DNA of 64,000 nt. Origin: Dehalococcoidia bacterium (lineage in GTDB: Bacteria; Chloroflexota; Dehalococcoidia; Bin125). Position numbers and translations under genes: made by a program. Location of the stretch: assembly GCA_965207695.1 (NCBI GenBank), contig CBDBNA010000011.1, forward strand, positions 4,193 through 68,192, written 5' to 3'. Below the pieces are notes generated by a model. The model was not told the origin of the DNA, ran no database searches, and was given only the letters and a program-made list of their open reading frames with translations. This document shows, in pieces, positions 9,626-18,707 of this stretch (positions are counted from its first letter, which is position 1; each line of letters begins with the position of its first letter).

Positions 9626-9835
9626 CTAGAGGCGCAGCTTGCCGTGCGAGGGCTGCCGGCGTCGCTGGCGGCCTTCCTCGACGGCCTGCTCCTGCTCCAG
9701 TTCGAAGACGGAGATGACGCGGCTCTCGTAGACGTAGCCGCAGGCGAGGCAGGTACTGAACGTGCCGTGGGTATCGGATTCGGCCAGCATCGCACCGGAG
9801 CACCGGGGACACTGGATGGGGGTCGCGACGGTCAT
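9626..9835 (-). CDS. Small zinc-ribbon protein
   Basis: CPRC...CLAC zinc ribbon, an ATG with GGAG 7 nt upstream, and an acidic C-terminal tail. Divergent from the rhomboid gene. Confidence 0.5.
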   Translation of the reverse strand: MTVATPIQCPRCSGAMLAESDTHGTFSTCLACGYVYESRVISVFELEQEQAVEEGRQRRRQPSHGKLRL

Positions 9836-10168
9836 CGTGAGGAGACTCCTGCCTTCTGCTACAGCGGCGACGCGCGATGGTTCGCAGTCGCCCCTGCCGA
9901 CCGCCACCGACTTTGTGACTTCTGGAACATTCTTGAGGGATGGCGATCGGGCTGTCAACCGCTCAACGGCGTCCATCTGCCCCTTCGGCGGCCCGGTTGT
10001 GATGGGATTTACAATCGGTTAACGGCTGGTGGGTCAGAGGGGCTTCGCAGGGGGGATGGCCTATTCTCGGCCCATGCCGTTTGCCGCAGCACTGCCGCCC
10101 GCGATGGCGGACGCCGCCACAGTGGCGGCGTCCCCGACGGCCGGCCCCCGGCCGGCGCGGGTCGCGGC

Positions 10169-11224
10169 GTGATCCCCCTCCGCGACAGCACCTACCGGGT
10201 CGGCACGCCCCACGTCACGCGCGCCCTGATCGTGATCAACATCCTGCTCTGGGGCTTCACGGCCTACGTCCTCAGCGACGTCCCTACGCGCCTGGTCTTC
10301 ATCCCCAAGGCCGACGGCAGCGAGATCCAGCAGTACCTGAACTCGGAGGAGGACCTGGCCATCCTCGCCCTCGGCGCCGTGCCGGAATTCATCACCGGCT
10401 ACCTCGCCGACGACACCCGCTCCCAAGACGCCGTCGAGAGCCAGGGCGTGAGCCTGCTGCCGGGCTTCCTGATCCTGCTCACCCCGCTGACGGCCATGTT
10501 CCTGCACGGCGGCTTCTTCCACCTGGCCGGCAACATGCTCTTCCTCTGGGTCTTCGGTGACAATGTGGAGGACCGCCTGGGGTCGCTGCGCTTCCTGATC
10601 TTCTACGTCGTGACGGGCTACCTGGCCGCCGCGGCCCACATCTACATCGACGCGGGCGATCTGCTGCCCATGATCGGGGCCAGCGGGGCGATCTCGGGCG
10701 TATTGGGCGCGTATCTGCTGCTGTTCCCGCGCGCCCTCGTGCAGGTGCTGATCCCGCTGGTGCTGCTGATCCCCGCCGTCGTGCCGGCCCCGCTGCTGAT
10801 CGGAATCTGGTTCCTGCTGAACCTGCTGCCCGGCGTCGGCTCGGTCGTGATGGAGAGCACGGGGGCGGGTACGGCTTGGTGGGCGCACATCGGCGGCTTC
10901 CTGGCTGGGATGTTGCTGGTGTACCCCTTTCTTGTTGGGCGCTGGCGGGCGCCGCAGCAAGAGGTGACGCCCAGCTGGTCGATGCCGACCTCGTTCGGGT
11001 TCGGCTTCGGCGCGCGGCGCGGCATCCCCCGCCAGGGCCGCCTGCGCAGCGACCCCCCGCCGCAGCCGCCCGCCGTGGGCGACGACGTCGAACTGCCCGA
11101 GAGTTGGCGGGCCACTCCCGCCCCGGCCGGGAGGAAGCGGCGATTCGGATTCGGCGTGCCCGGCCGCCGTCGCCGCGGGCGGCCCGGCGGCGTCGATGCG
11201 TTCCGCGACTCCAAGCGGCGATAG
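10169..11224 (+). CDS. Rhomboid family intramembrane serine protease
   Basis: Catalytic GxSG (GASGAISGVLGAY) and the downstream His-containing TM helix (WAHIGGFLAGML), with six TM helices. The start was moved to GTG 10169 because the upstream part of the track ORF overlaps the zinc-ribbon gene. A Pro/Arg-rich C-terminal tail follows. Confidence 0.75.
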   Translation: MIPLRDSTYRVGTPHVTRALIVINILLWGFTAYVLSDVPTRLVFIPKADGSEIQQYLNSEEDLAILALGAVPEFITGYLADDTRSQDAVESQGVSLLPGFLILLTPLTAMFLHGGFFHLAGNMLFLWVFGDNVEDRLGSLRFLIFYVVTGYLAAAAHIYIDAGDLLPMIGASGAISGVLGAYLLLFPRALVQVLIPLVLLIPAVVPAPLLIGIWFLLNLLPGVGSVVMESTGAGTAWWAHIGGFLAGMLLVYPFLVGRWRAPQQEVTPSWSMPTSFGFGFGARRGIPRQGRLRSDPPPQPPAVGDDVELPESWRATPAPAGRKRRFGFGVPGRRRRGRPGGVDAFRDSKRR

Positions 11225-11325
11225 GCCGGACGGCCGCCCCCGCCGCGTAACGGCGACGGCCGGTATATTTCGGGCGAGCGATCGTGCCGCATCCGTGGGC
11301 GGCGCCGCGGATCGAGGATGCCCCC

Positions 11326-11751
11326 ATGCCCGTCTTCCCCTCCACCGAGTGGTTCCAGGCCCTGGCCGGCCTCGCCAACGACGACCCCGCCTTCCGCAAG
11401 TTCGGCACGATCGATTGCGAGATGGGCGTCGAAATCGGGCCGGCAATGTGGAAGATCGTCTTCGAGGCGTTCGAGGTCACGGAGGTCGCGCCGATCGACG
11501 CGGAGGCCGCCGGAGAGCTCGACTTCGTGCTCAGCATGTCGCCCGACGCCTGGCGGGAGATGGTGGAGAACATCGCGCAGCACGGCGGCGCCGACCTGCA
11601 TCACACCCTCAACACGCTCGACCTGAACGATCCCGAGAACTTCGCGCGCGGCGAGGACTACCACCGGCGCGACAAGTTCTATCGCTTCAATCAGACGTTG
11701 CAGGACTTCTTCGACGGCTCGGCGAAGCTGGAGACGACCTTCGGCGCCTAG
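11326..11751 (+). CDS. SCP2-like / sterol-carrier-like domain protein (tentative)
   Basis: Small alpha/beta hydrophobic-pocket-like sequence. ATG with GAGGA 7 nt upstream. Confidence 0.35.
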   Translation: MPVFPSTEWFQALAGLANDDPAFRKFGTIDCEMGVEIGPAMWKIVFEAFEVTEVAPIDAEAAGELDFVLSMSPDAWREMVENIAQHGGADLHHTLNTLDLNDPENFARGEDYHRRDKFYRFNQTLQDFFDGSAKLETTFGA

Positions 11752-11852
11752 ATCTGGCCTCCAGACAGAACGAGGTCGATATCGACCCCGTTCATGGCGT
11801 ACCGTGAGAAGCCCGAACCGTACGGGTCGGGTCGGCACGAGAGCGACGTCCG

Positions 11853-12674
11853 GTGGCCATCCAGGTCAGGCTGATCGATCACACGGAGGACCCCGTTCGG
11901 GCCCTCTACATGGCTTACCGCGTCTGCTATTCGGCCCTGACGCCCGACCAGGTGCTGGACCGGATCGCCGACGAGCGCATCCCGCGCGAGAAGATGACCG
12001 CCTTCGTGGAGGAGCGGCTCAAGACGGGCCACGTCTCGCCGCTCGAGCAAGTGCACTTCGAGTTCGGCATCAGCGGCGTCTCGCGCGCCTTCTCGCACCA
12101 GTTCGTGCGCCACCGCATCGGCATCTCGTTCGAGCAGCAGAGCCAGCGCTACGTCACCTACAAGGGCGGCGACTTCCCCTACACGGTCCCCAAGACGGTC
12201 GAGGCGGCCGGCATGGCGGACGAGATGGAGGCGCTCTTCCGGGACGTCGGCGACCTCTACGAGCGCCTCGTGCAGGCCGGCGTGCCCGCCGAGGACGCCC
12301 GCTTCCTGCTGCCCAACGCCACCAGCACCAACTTCAAGATCACCGTCAACTTCGCCTCGCTGCTGCACATCGCCGACCTGCGGCTCTGCACCCGCGCCCA
12401 GTGGGAATTCCGCCGCGTCGTCGCATTGATGCGCGCCGAGGTGCTGCGCGCCGCGCCCGAGCTGGGGCGCATGCTGCAGCCCAAGTGCGGCGAGTTGCGC
12501 ATGGGCTACTGCGACGAGGACTACGCGGCCTGGGAGGCCTGCCCCATCGGCCGCAAGCGCCCGCACAAGGAGGAGCTCTTCCAGCTCTACAACGCCTACC
12601 GCCGGGGCGAGTTGGCGCCCCTGGACGCCGACGACTTCGCGATCATCGAGAGTCAGCAGATCGAGGGCGCGTAG
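11853..12674 (+). CDS. thyX: FAD-dependent thymidylate synthase
   Basis: ThyX signature RHRxxxxxxxS (FVRHRIGISFEQQSQRY). GTG start. Confidence 0.9.
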   Translation: MAIQVRLIDHTEDPVRALYMAYRVCYSALTPDQVLDRIADERIPREKMTAFVEERLKTGHVSPLEQVHFEFGISGVSRAFSHQFVRHRIGISFEQQSQRYVTYKGGDFPYTVPKTVEAAGMADEMEALFRDVGDLYERLVQAGVPAEDARFLLPNATSTNFKITVNFASLLHIADLRLCTRAQWEFRRVVALMRAEVLRAAPELGRMLQPKCGELRMGYCDEDYAAWEACPIGRKRPHKEELFQLYNAYRRGELAPLDADDFAIIESQQIEGA

Positions 12675-12750
12675 ATGCCGCGCCTGCGATGATTTCGTCC
12701 GGCGCCGCCGTCCGCGCTCGGACCAGCGCGGCCCCACACCAGGAACGCCC

Positions 12751-13587
12751 ATGCCCGACCTGCCCAGCCCGTCCGTGTCGCCGGCCCCGCCCGTCGCTCT
12801 CGTGCCTGCGGGTGAGGTGCGGCTGGCCTGCGAGGAGCGCGGCGCCGGCGAGGCCGTGCTGCTCGTCGCCGGCGGTGCGATGGACATGGATCAGTGGGAC
12901 GCGCAGATGGCCGCCTTCGCCCCCGGCCGGCGCGCGATCCGCTTCGACCCGCGCGGCGTGGGCGCGTCCGACGGCCCCCCCGACGGCTACACGATCGAGC
13001 AACTGGCCGACGACGCCATCGCGCTCATCGCCACGCTCCGGGCCGCCCCCTGCGTGCTGTTCGGCAACTCGCTGGGCGGCTCCGTCGCCATCGCCGCCGC
13101 CCTGCGCGCGCCGGCCGCCGTGCGCGCCCTGATCCTCGCCGCGACCGACGCCGGCCCCGCCGGCCCCCCCATGCCGCCGGAGACCCAGACGGAGATGTTC
13201 CGCGCCTCGGCCCTGCCCGTCGTCGAGGCCGCCGCCGCCGCGCAGGAGATCGTCTTCGCCGGCGACTACCCGCGCCGCCATCCCGAGGTCCTGCAGCGCG
13301 CCATCGCCAAGCGCGAGGCCAACACCGCGCCGCTCATCGCGACGCTGGGCCCGCTGCAGTCGGTCGCCGCCTTCGACCCGCTGCCCGCACTCAAGTCGCT
13401 GCGCGTGCCCACGTTGATCCTGCACGGCGCCCGCGACCGCATGGTCCCGCCCGGCAACGCCACGCTGCTGGCCGAGCACATCGCCGGGGCTCAGCTCCGC
13501 GTGCTGCCCGACGCCGGCCACGGTCTGGTGATGGAGGCGGCGGGACCGGTCAACGCGGCCGTGCTGGAGTTCCTCGAATCGCTCTGA
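12751..13587 (+). CDS. Alpha/beta fold hydrolase
   Basis: GNSLGG nucleophile elbow, plus Asp and His (DAGHG) triad positions. Confidence 0.8.
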   Translation: MPDLPSPSVSPAPPVALVPAGEVRLACEERGAGEAVLLVAGGAMDMDQWDAQMAAFAPGRRAIRFDPRGVGASDGPPDGYTIEQLADDAIALIATLRAAPCVLFGNSLGGSVAIAAALRAPAAVRALILAATDAGPAGPPMPPETQTEMFRASALPVVEAAAAAQEIVFAGDYPRRHPEVLQRAIAKREANTAPLIATLGPLQSVAAFDPLPALKSLRVPTLILHGARDRMVPPGNATLLAEHIAGAQLRVLPDAGHGLVMEAAGPVNAAVLEFLESL

Positions 13588-13626
13588 GCCGCCGGCGCGG
13601 CCGGCGCACACGGAAGGCCCCACCAA

Positions 13627-13989
13627 GTGATGCGCGTCCACGAACTGACCCTCATGATCGGCACCAACCAGCCCGCGGCGCTGGCCCGCTTCTACGGCGA
13701 CGTGCTGGGCCTGCCCCGGCGAACGCAGTCGCACGATCCCGTCTTCGAGGTCGCCGGGTCGTACATCCGCATCCTCGATCACTCCGGCATCCACGGCCCC
13801 AACGGCGACCCCGCCCGCATGCAGATCAACCTCTTCGTCGATGACGTCCAGTCGGAGTGGCGCCGCCTCCGCGCGGAGGGCGTCGTCTTCGTGCGCGAGC
13901 CCCAGGCGGAGCCCTGGGGCGGCCTCGTCGCCACCATCACCGACCCCGACGGCAACTACGTCCAAGTCCTGGAGTTCATGCCCCGCTAG
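13627..13989 (+). CDS. VOC (glyoxalase/bleomycin-resistance) family protein
   Basis: Single VOC module beta-alpha-beta-beta-beta pattern, ending with the ITDPDGNYVQVLEF motif. Confidence 0.7.
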   Translation: MMRVHELTLMIGTNQPAALARFYGDVLGLPRRTQSHDPVFEVAGSYIRILDHSGIHGPNGDPARMQINLFVDDVQSEWRRLRAEGVVFVREPQAEPWGGLVATITDPDGNYVQVLEFMPR

Positions 13990-14018
13990 GCTCCGACGCC
14001 GCGCGCTACGATGCAGAT

Positions 14019-14249
14019 ATGACCGACGAAGAGCAGCCTGCGACCGCGGATCTCACCGACGAGGTAGAACTCGCCGTGAAGACGCCGCTGAGCGCCATCT
14101 TCTCCGTCCGCTTCGGCCCAGACGACCTCGCGGGGCTGCGCGCGGCGTCGGCCCTTGAGGGCGTGCGCCCCAGCGTTGTGATCCGGCGCGCCGTCTCGGA
14201 ATATCTCGCGTCGCGGACGGCGTCGGGACATCGCGCCGCCGGAGGCTGA
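14019..14249 (+). CDS. Small ribbon-helix-helix-like (CopG-type) protein
   Basis: 76 aa with a beta strand followed by two helices (VRPSVVIRRAVSEYL). ATG start. Confidence 0.35.
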   Translation: MTDEEQPATADLTDEVELAVKTPLSAIFSVRFGPDDLAGLRAASALEGVRPSVVIRRAVSEYLASRTASGHRAAGG

Positions 14250-14261
14250 TCTCCTGGCTCC

Positions 14262-15344
14262 TCAGCGCTGGGAGTCGGCGCCTGCGGGCGGCGCCTCCTC
14301 GTCCGGGGCGGCGCCGCGCAGCAGGCGGCGCACCGGCACGTGGTAGTACCAGAGGAACGCCAGGCCCACCAGCGTGATGGGGACCAGGACCAGCCCGTGC
14401 AGCGAGGCCGCGTAGGCGATGGCGCTCTCCTGCGCGTGCGCCGCCACGAGGTAGATGAGCACGACCTCCTTCGCCGCCCACTCGAAGGGGCCCACGCCGC
14501 CGCTCGTCGAGGGGGCGCTGATAATCACGTTCGCCGCCGCCGCCACCAGCAGGTAGACGGGCAGGGGCAGATCGAGGTCGAACGCCTCGCCGACGAGGAA
14601 GTACATCAGCGCTTCCATCCCCCAGGCCGCCGCGCTCGCGAAGAACGCCGCCGTCAGCAGGGCCGGGTCGCCCGCTGGCCGTACGCCGTCGATCAGCCCC
14701 GATACCCAGGCGCCGTCGTGCCGCCGCAGCACGGGGATGCGCCGCAGCACGCGCACGATGATCGCTTGGGCGCGCTCGGGATGGCGCGCGATGACGTAGA
14801 GCGCGACCACCGTGACCGAGACCCCGAAGATCAGGAAGGCCATCGTCGCGGTCAGGACGTCGCCGGCGGGGGCCATGCCGCCGAGCCCCACCAGGCCCGC
14901 CACCACCCCCAGCACGAGGAAGAGCGTCAGCATGACGCCGTCGAGCACGCGCTCCACGAAGACGTTGGCCAAGCCGGCCGTGTGGCGGACGCCGAACTGC
15001 CGGTACAGCGTGTGCGCCCGCACGATCTCCCCGCCGCGCAGGGGCAGGATGTTGTTGCCGGCGTAGCCCACGGCCATGATCGGGAACAGGCGCTGAGGGG
15101 AGGCGTCGGCGATCGGGCGCAGCAGGATGTGCCAGCGCACGGCGCGGAACCAGACGCCGGCGAAGAACACCGCCATCGCGATCAGGATCAGTTCCACGTC
15201 GGCGCTCGTGAACGCCTCGCTGACCGCGCCGAAGTCGGTATCGCGCAGGAAGAGGAAGACGAAGATCGCGCTGACGCCCAGCCCCAGCAGCGTTCGCGCC
15301 GGCCCGGCGGTCAGGTGCGACAGGACGGCCGAGGGGCGTCGCAT
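14262..15344 (-). CDS. Lysylphosphatidylglycerol-synthase-TM-like / flippase-like domain membrane protein (UPF0104)
   Basis: Eight TM helices and the GYAGNNILPLRGGE motif. The start is ATG 15344, sharing the A of the upstream stop (TGATG). Confidence 0.7.
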   Translation of the reverse strand: MRRPSAVLSHLTAGPARTLLGLGVSAIFVFLFLRDTDFGAVSEAFTSADVELILIAMAVFFAGVWFRAVRWHILLRPIADASPQRLFPIMAVGYAGNNILPLRGGEIVRAHTLYRQFGVRHTAGLANVFVERVLDGVMLTLFLVLGVVAGLVGLGGMAPAGDVLTATMAFLIFGVSVTVVALYVIARHPERAQAIIVRVLRRIPVLRRHDGAWVSGLIDGVRPAGDPALLTAAFFASAAAWGMEALMYFLVGEAFDLDLPLPVYLLVAAAANVIISAPSTSGGVGPFEWAAKEVVLIYLVAAHAQESAIAYAASLHGLVLVPITLVGLAFLWYYHVPVRRLLRGAAPDEEAPPAGADSQR

Positions 15345-16453
15345 CACGGGCCTTCGCGCGCCAGCGCCCGGCTCGGCCCGCTCCGCAGCAAGTCCCACGC
15401 CTGCCGGGCCAGTCGCAGTCCCGACCGCCGCCAGCGCCGCCGCGGCGGCCGGAGGCGCCAGCGGCGTCGTACCGACCAGCGCAGGCCCGGCCCGCGAACG
15501 ATCCGCTCCACGATGAAGCACGACACCAGCGCCGCCAGCCCACCCACGATGATGTCGGCGAAGTAGTGCTCGCCCAGGTAGACCAGCGCGAAGCCCAGGC
15601 CGACGCTATAGACCACACCCGCCCAGACCAAACGCCCCCGCCGCAGGATCAGCGCGATCAGGAAGATCTGGAATGCGGCGGCGAAGTGCAGCGACGGCAT
15701 GGCGGCGCGCGGGTTGGCCTCCGCCGCCAGCGTGTACAGGTCGTCCCACAGCGCCTGGCCGAACACGCGCGGTCCCACGTCCCGCATGATCCGCACGATG
15801 CCCGTGGTGTCGCCCTCCTCGACCGCCAGCCAGGGCGGCACGGTGGGGATCAGGTAGTACATCGCGACGCCGGTGTAGAAGACGCCCAGCATGATCGCGG
15901 CGACCCGGAAGAACATCGGCCGTGCCCACAGATAGGTCGCGATGACCGTGAGGTGGGGGAAGATGAACCAACTCCAGTGCAGGAAGGTCGACAGGTAGGC
16001 CAGCGCGCCGGGATCCCCGCTCGCGCCCCCCAGGTGCTCCTGCAGCCAGGCCGACGGGGTGGTGCCGGCGAACATCCACAGTTCCCAGTGCAGCACGTAG
16101 CCAGTGCTGGCCGGGATCAGGGTCTCGTCGGCCGCGTCGCGCAGTTGCGTGAAGAAGATCATGCCCACGGCGTAGAGGAGCCAGGTGCGGAAGTGGTCCT
16201 GCCGGGGGGCGACCCAGAGGATCACGGCCAGCGCCGGGACCAGCGCGAAGGGCAGCGCCAACGGCGGGAACGACGAGGTGATGCGGATGATCGGGATCGT
16301 CAGCGCCACCAACAGATAGACCCAGGCCAGCAGGCGCACGACGTCGCGCCGGCAGCGGGGGCGGCTCCACTCCGCGCGCAGCGCGGCCCGCCAGTGCGGC
16401 GCCTGCGCCGCTCTCGCCGCGGCGCACTTCTCGTGTCCGGCCGTCGTGTCCAT
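15344..16453 (-). CDS. PAP2 superfamily membrane phosphatase / phosphotransferase (Aur1/Ipt1-like)
   Basis: PAP2 motifs SLHFAAA and GEHYFADI in a polytopic membrane protein. The stop overlaps the start of the downstream flippase-like gene. Confidence 0.7.
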   Translation of the reverse strand: MDTTAGHEKCAAARAAQAPHWRAALRAEWSRPRCRRDVVRLLAWVYLLVALTIPIIRITSSFPPLALPFALVPALAVILWVAPRQDHFRTWLLYAVGMIFFTQLRDAADETLIPASTGYVLHWELWMFAGTTPSAWLQEHLGGASGDPGALAYLSTFLHWSWFIFPHLTVIATYLWARPMFFRVAAIMLGVFYTGVAMYYLIPTVPPWLAVEEGDTTGIVRIMRDVGPRVFGQALWDDLYTLAAEANPRAAMPSLHFAAAFQIFLIALILRRGRLVWAGVVYSVGLGFALVYLGEHYFADIIVGGLAALVSCFIVERIVRGPGLRWSVRRRWRLRPPRRRWRRSGLRLARQAWDLLRSGPSRALAREGP

Positions 16454-16505
16454 TCCGCGTAGTCTAGGTCCGGCGGTCGCGTCTGGTGCTTCGTAGACTG
16501 CGCGT

Positions 16506-18689
16506 ATGCCGATCGCCGCCCCGTTTGCACCGCCGACGCGCCGCCGGATCCATCTGCTGGCGCTGGCCGTTCTGGTGACCGCGGCCGCGCTGACGACGGG
16601 CGGCCTCGCCCCGGGCACGGCGGGCGCCGGCGCCGCGCCCGACGGTCGCCCCGCCCCCGGCGAGATCCTGGCCGCATTTCACACGCTCCCCAGCGCGCGG
16701 ACGCTGGACCGGCTGGGCCTGACCCTCGTCGACCATTCCCCCGCCGCGAACGTCACCCGCCTGCGCGCGGCGGAGACCGATCTCGCCGCCGCGATCGCCC
16801 GGCTGCGAGCCTCCGGCCTGACGGCCTGGGCGGAGCCCAACGGGCGGCTGCGCGCGGCGCAACTGGTCCCCAGTGACGCCCGCTACGGCGAGCAAGCGCC
16901 GACCTGGAACCTGCTGGGCGCCCCCGACGCCTGGGCGATCACGACCGGCAGCCGGGAAGTCGTCGTGGCCGTGCTCGACGGCGGCGTCGACCTCGACCAC
17001 CCCGACTTGGCCGCCAACATCTGGACGAACCCCGGCGAGATCCCCGGCAACGGCGTCGATGATGACGGCAACGGCTACGTCGACGACGTGCACGGCTATG
17101 ACTTCGTGGGCGACTTCCCCGGCGGCGACGGGTCGCCGACGGAGGACAACAACCCCAACGTTTTCGCGGGCGACCCGGCCGCCGGCGACGGGATCGATCA
17201 GGACGAGAACGGCGCCGCCGACTCCGCCGTCGGCCACGGGACGCGGGTCGCGGGGATCATCGCGGCGCGCGGCGACGACGCGCAGGGCGTGGCGGGCATG
17301 GCCTGGCGCGTGCGCATCATGCCCGTGCGCGTGACCGACCCGGAAGGCAGCGGCTTCTACTCGTCGTTCGTGCGGGGCCTGGAGTACGCGACGGCCAACG
17401 GGGCCGACATCGTCAACATCAGCCTCGTCGCGACGCTGCTTCCCGAGTCGGCGAAGGCCGCCGTCCGGGCCGCCGCCGCGGCGGGCGTGATCATGGTGGC
17501 GGCCGGCGGCAACGACGGCGGCCTCGTGGCCTTCCCGGCCGCGATTCCCGAGGTCATCGCCGTCGGGTCGCACGGATCCGGCGACGAGGCCGATGCGCGG
17601 GCGCCGTTCTCGCCCCGCTGGCCGGGCGTGGACCTGGTCGCGCCGGGCTCGGCGATCCTCACGACGGACGTGCTTGCCGAATCCGCCGCGCCCGGCTTCG
17701 CCTGGAAGACGGGCAGCTCCTACTCGGCGCCCTTCGTGACGGGCGCGGTGGCGCTGGCGCTCAGCCTGGAGCCGGGTCTCGACCGGGCGGCGGTGCTGCG
17801 GCTGCTGACCGAGACCGCCACGCCGCTGCCGGACGGCGCGGAGCCCGGCTGGGACGGGGCCGGACGGCTGAACGTCGGCGCCGCCATCGAGCGTCTGCGC
17901 CGCGCGCCGCCCGGCGCCCCCGTGCTGCGCGGCATCGATGTGGAGGCGCCGGACGGGAACTTCATCGTGCAGGGCCTGGCGCGGCCGGGCAGCCGGGTCG
18001 ACCTGCTGGTCTCGCCGGGCGAAACGCGGGCGTCGGCCCCGACCGATGCCGAGGGCCGCTTCCGCATCGGCCTGCCGGCGGCGGACGTGCCCGAGCGCCT
18101 CGCCTCGTTGACGATCACGGCGTGGGCGGTCGCGAGCGAAGCGGACGGCGCGGAGCGGCTCTCCGCCGCCGCGGGCCCGGCGACCTTCGCGCTGCCCCGG
18201 CTCGTGCCGCTCGCGCCGGGCTGGAACCTGGTCGCCTGGCCGGGCGCGGCTGGGCTGGGCGCCACCGTGCTCGCCGATCTTCCGGCCGCCGTGGAGCGGG
18301 TCTTCGCCTGGGACGCGCGCGGCTGGCGCGTGGCCGTCCCCGGCGACGCCCGCTTCCAGATCGATCGGATCGCCGCGGGCGACGCGCTGTGGGTCTTGCT
18401 CGGCGGATCGGAGCCCGCCGTCTGGCTCCAGCGTCGGGCGCCCATCCCGGCGCGGACGCTGGCGGCTGGCTGGCATCTCGTCGCCTGGGCCGGCGAGACG
18501 GGCGCGGCGGTCGAACTGCCGGCGCTCTTGGACGGCCGGGCCACGGTCTTCTTGTGGGGGAGGACGTCGGCGGGCCTGGGGGCCTTCACGCGGGTGGCGC
18601 CGGGTCCGGACGCGACGCACGCGCCCCGCCACTTGGATCCCGTGTGGCTGTTCGTGGAGGACGGAGAACTGCTCTGGCCCGGGTCCTGA
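16506..18689 (+). CDS. S8 family (subtilisin-like) secreted serine peptidase with two copies of the recurrent C-terminal domain
   Basis: Signal peptide, catalytic triad (D in VLDGGVD, HGTRVAG, GSSYSAP), and two tandem ~75-aa C-terminal modules (GWNLVAWPG... and GWHLVAWAG...). Confidence 0.85.
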   Translation: MPIAAPFAPPTRRRIHLLALAVLVTAAALTTGGLAPGTAGAGAAPDGRPAPGEILAAFHTLPSARTLDRLGLTLVDHSPAANVTRLRAAETDLAAAIARLRASGLTAWAEPNGRLRAAQLVPSDARYGEQAPTWNLLGAPDAWAITTGSREVVVAVLDGGVDLDHPDLAANIWTNPGEIPGNGVDDDGNGYVDDVHGYDFVGDFPGGDGSPTEDNNPNVFAGDPAAGDGIDQDENGAADSAVGHGTRVAGIIAARGDDAQGVAGMAWRVRIMPVRVTDPEGSGFYSSFVRGLEYATANGADIVNISLVATLLPESAKAAVRAAAAAGVIMVAAGGNDGGLVAFPAAIPEVIAVGSHGSGDEADARAPFSPRWPGVDLVAPGSAILTTDVLAESAAPGFAWKTGSSYSAPFVTGAVALALSLEPGLDRAAVLRLLTETATPLPDGAEPGWDGAGRLNVGAAIERLRRAPPGAPVLRGIDVEAPDGNFIVQGLARPGSRVDLLVSPGETRASAPTDAEGRFRIGLPAADVPERLASLTITAWAVASEADGAERLSAAAGPATFALPRLVPLAPGWNLVAWPGAAGLGATVLADLPAAVERVFAWDARGWRVAVPGDARFQIDRIAAGDALWVLLGGSEPAVWLQRRAPIPARTLAAGWHLVAWAGETGAAVELPALLDGRATVFLWGRTSAGLGAFTRVAPGPDATHAPRHLDPVWLFVEDGELLWPGS

Positions 18690-18707
18690 GCCCCGGCCGG
18701 GCCGCGC

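Noticed and set aside
9644-10168. The 5' 175 codons of the 526-aa rhomboid track ORF
   Set aside because: They overlap the opposite-strand zinc-ribbon gene and are non-protein-like. The rhomboid start was moved to GTG 10169.
11748-13965. Minus-strand ORFs of 379 and 440 aa antisense to thyX, the alpha/beta hydrolase and the VOC genes
   Set aside because: The plus-strand genes have unambiguous family motifs. The minus-strand translations are Ala/Gly/Arg-rich.
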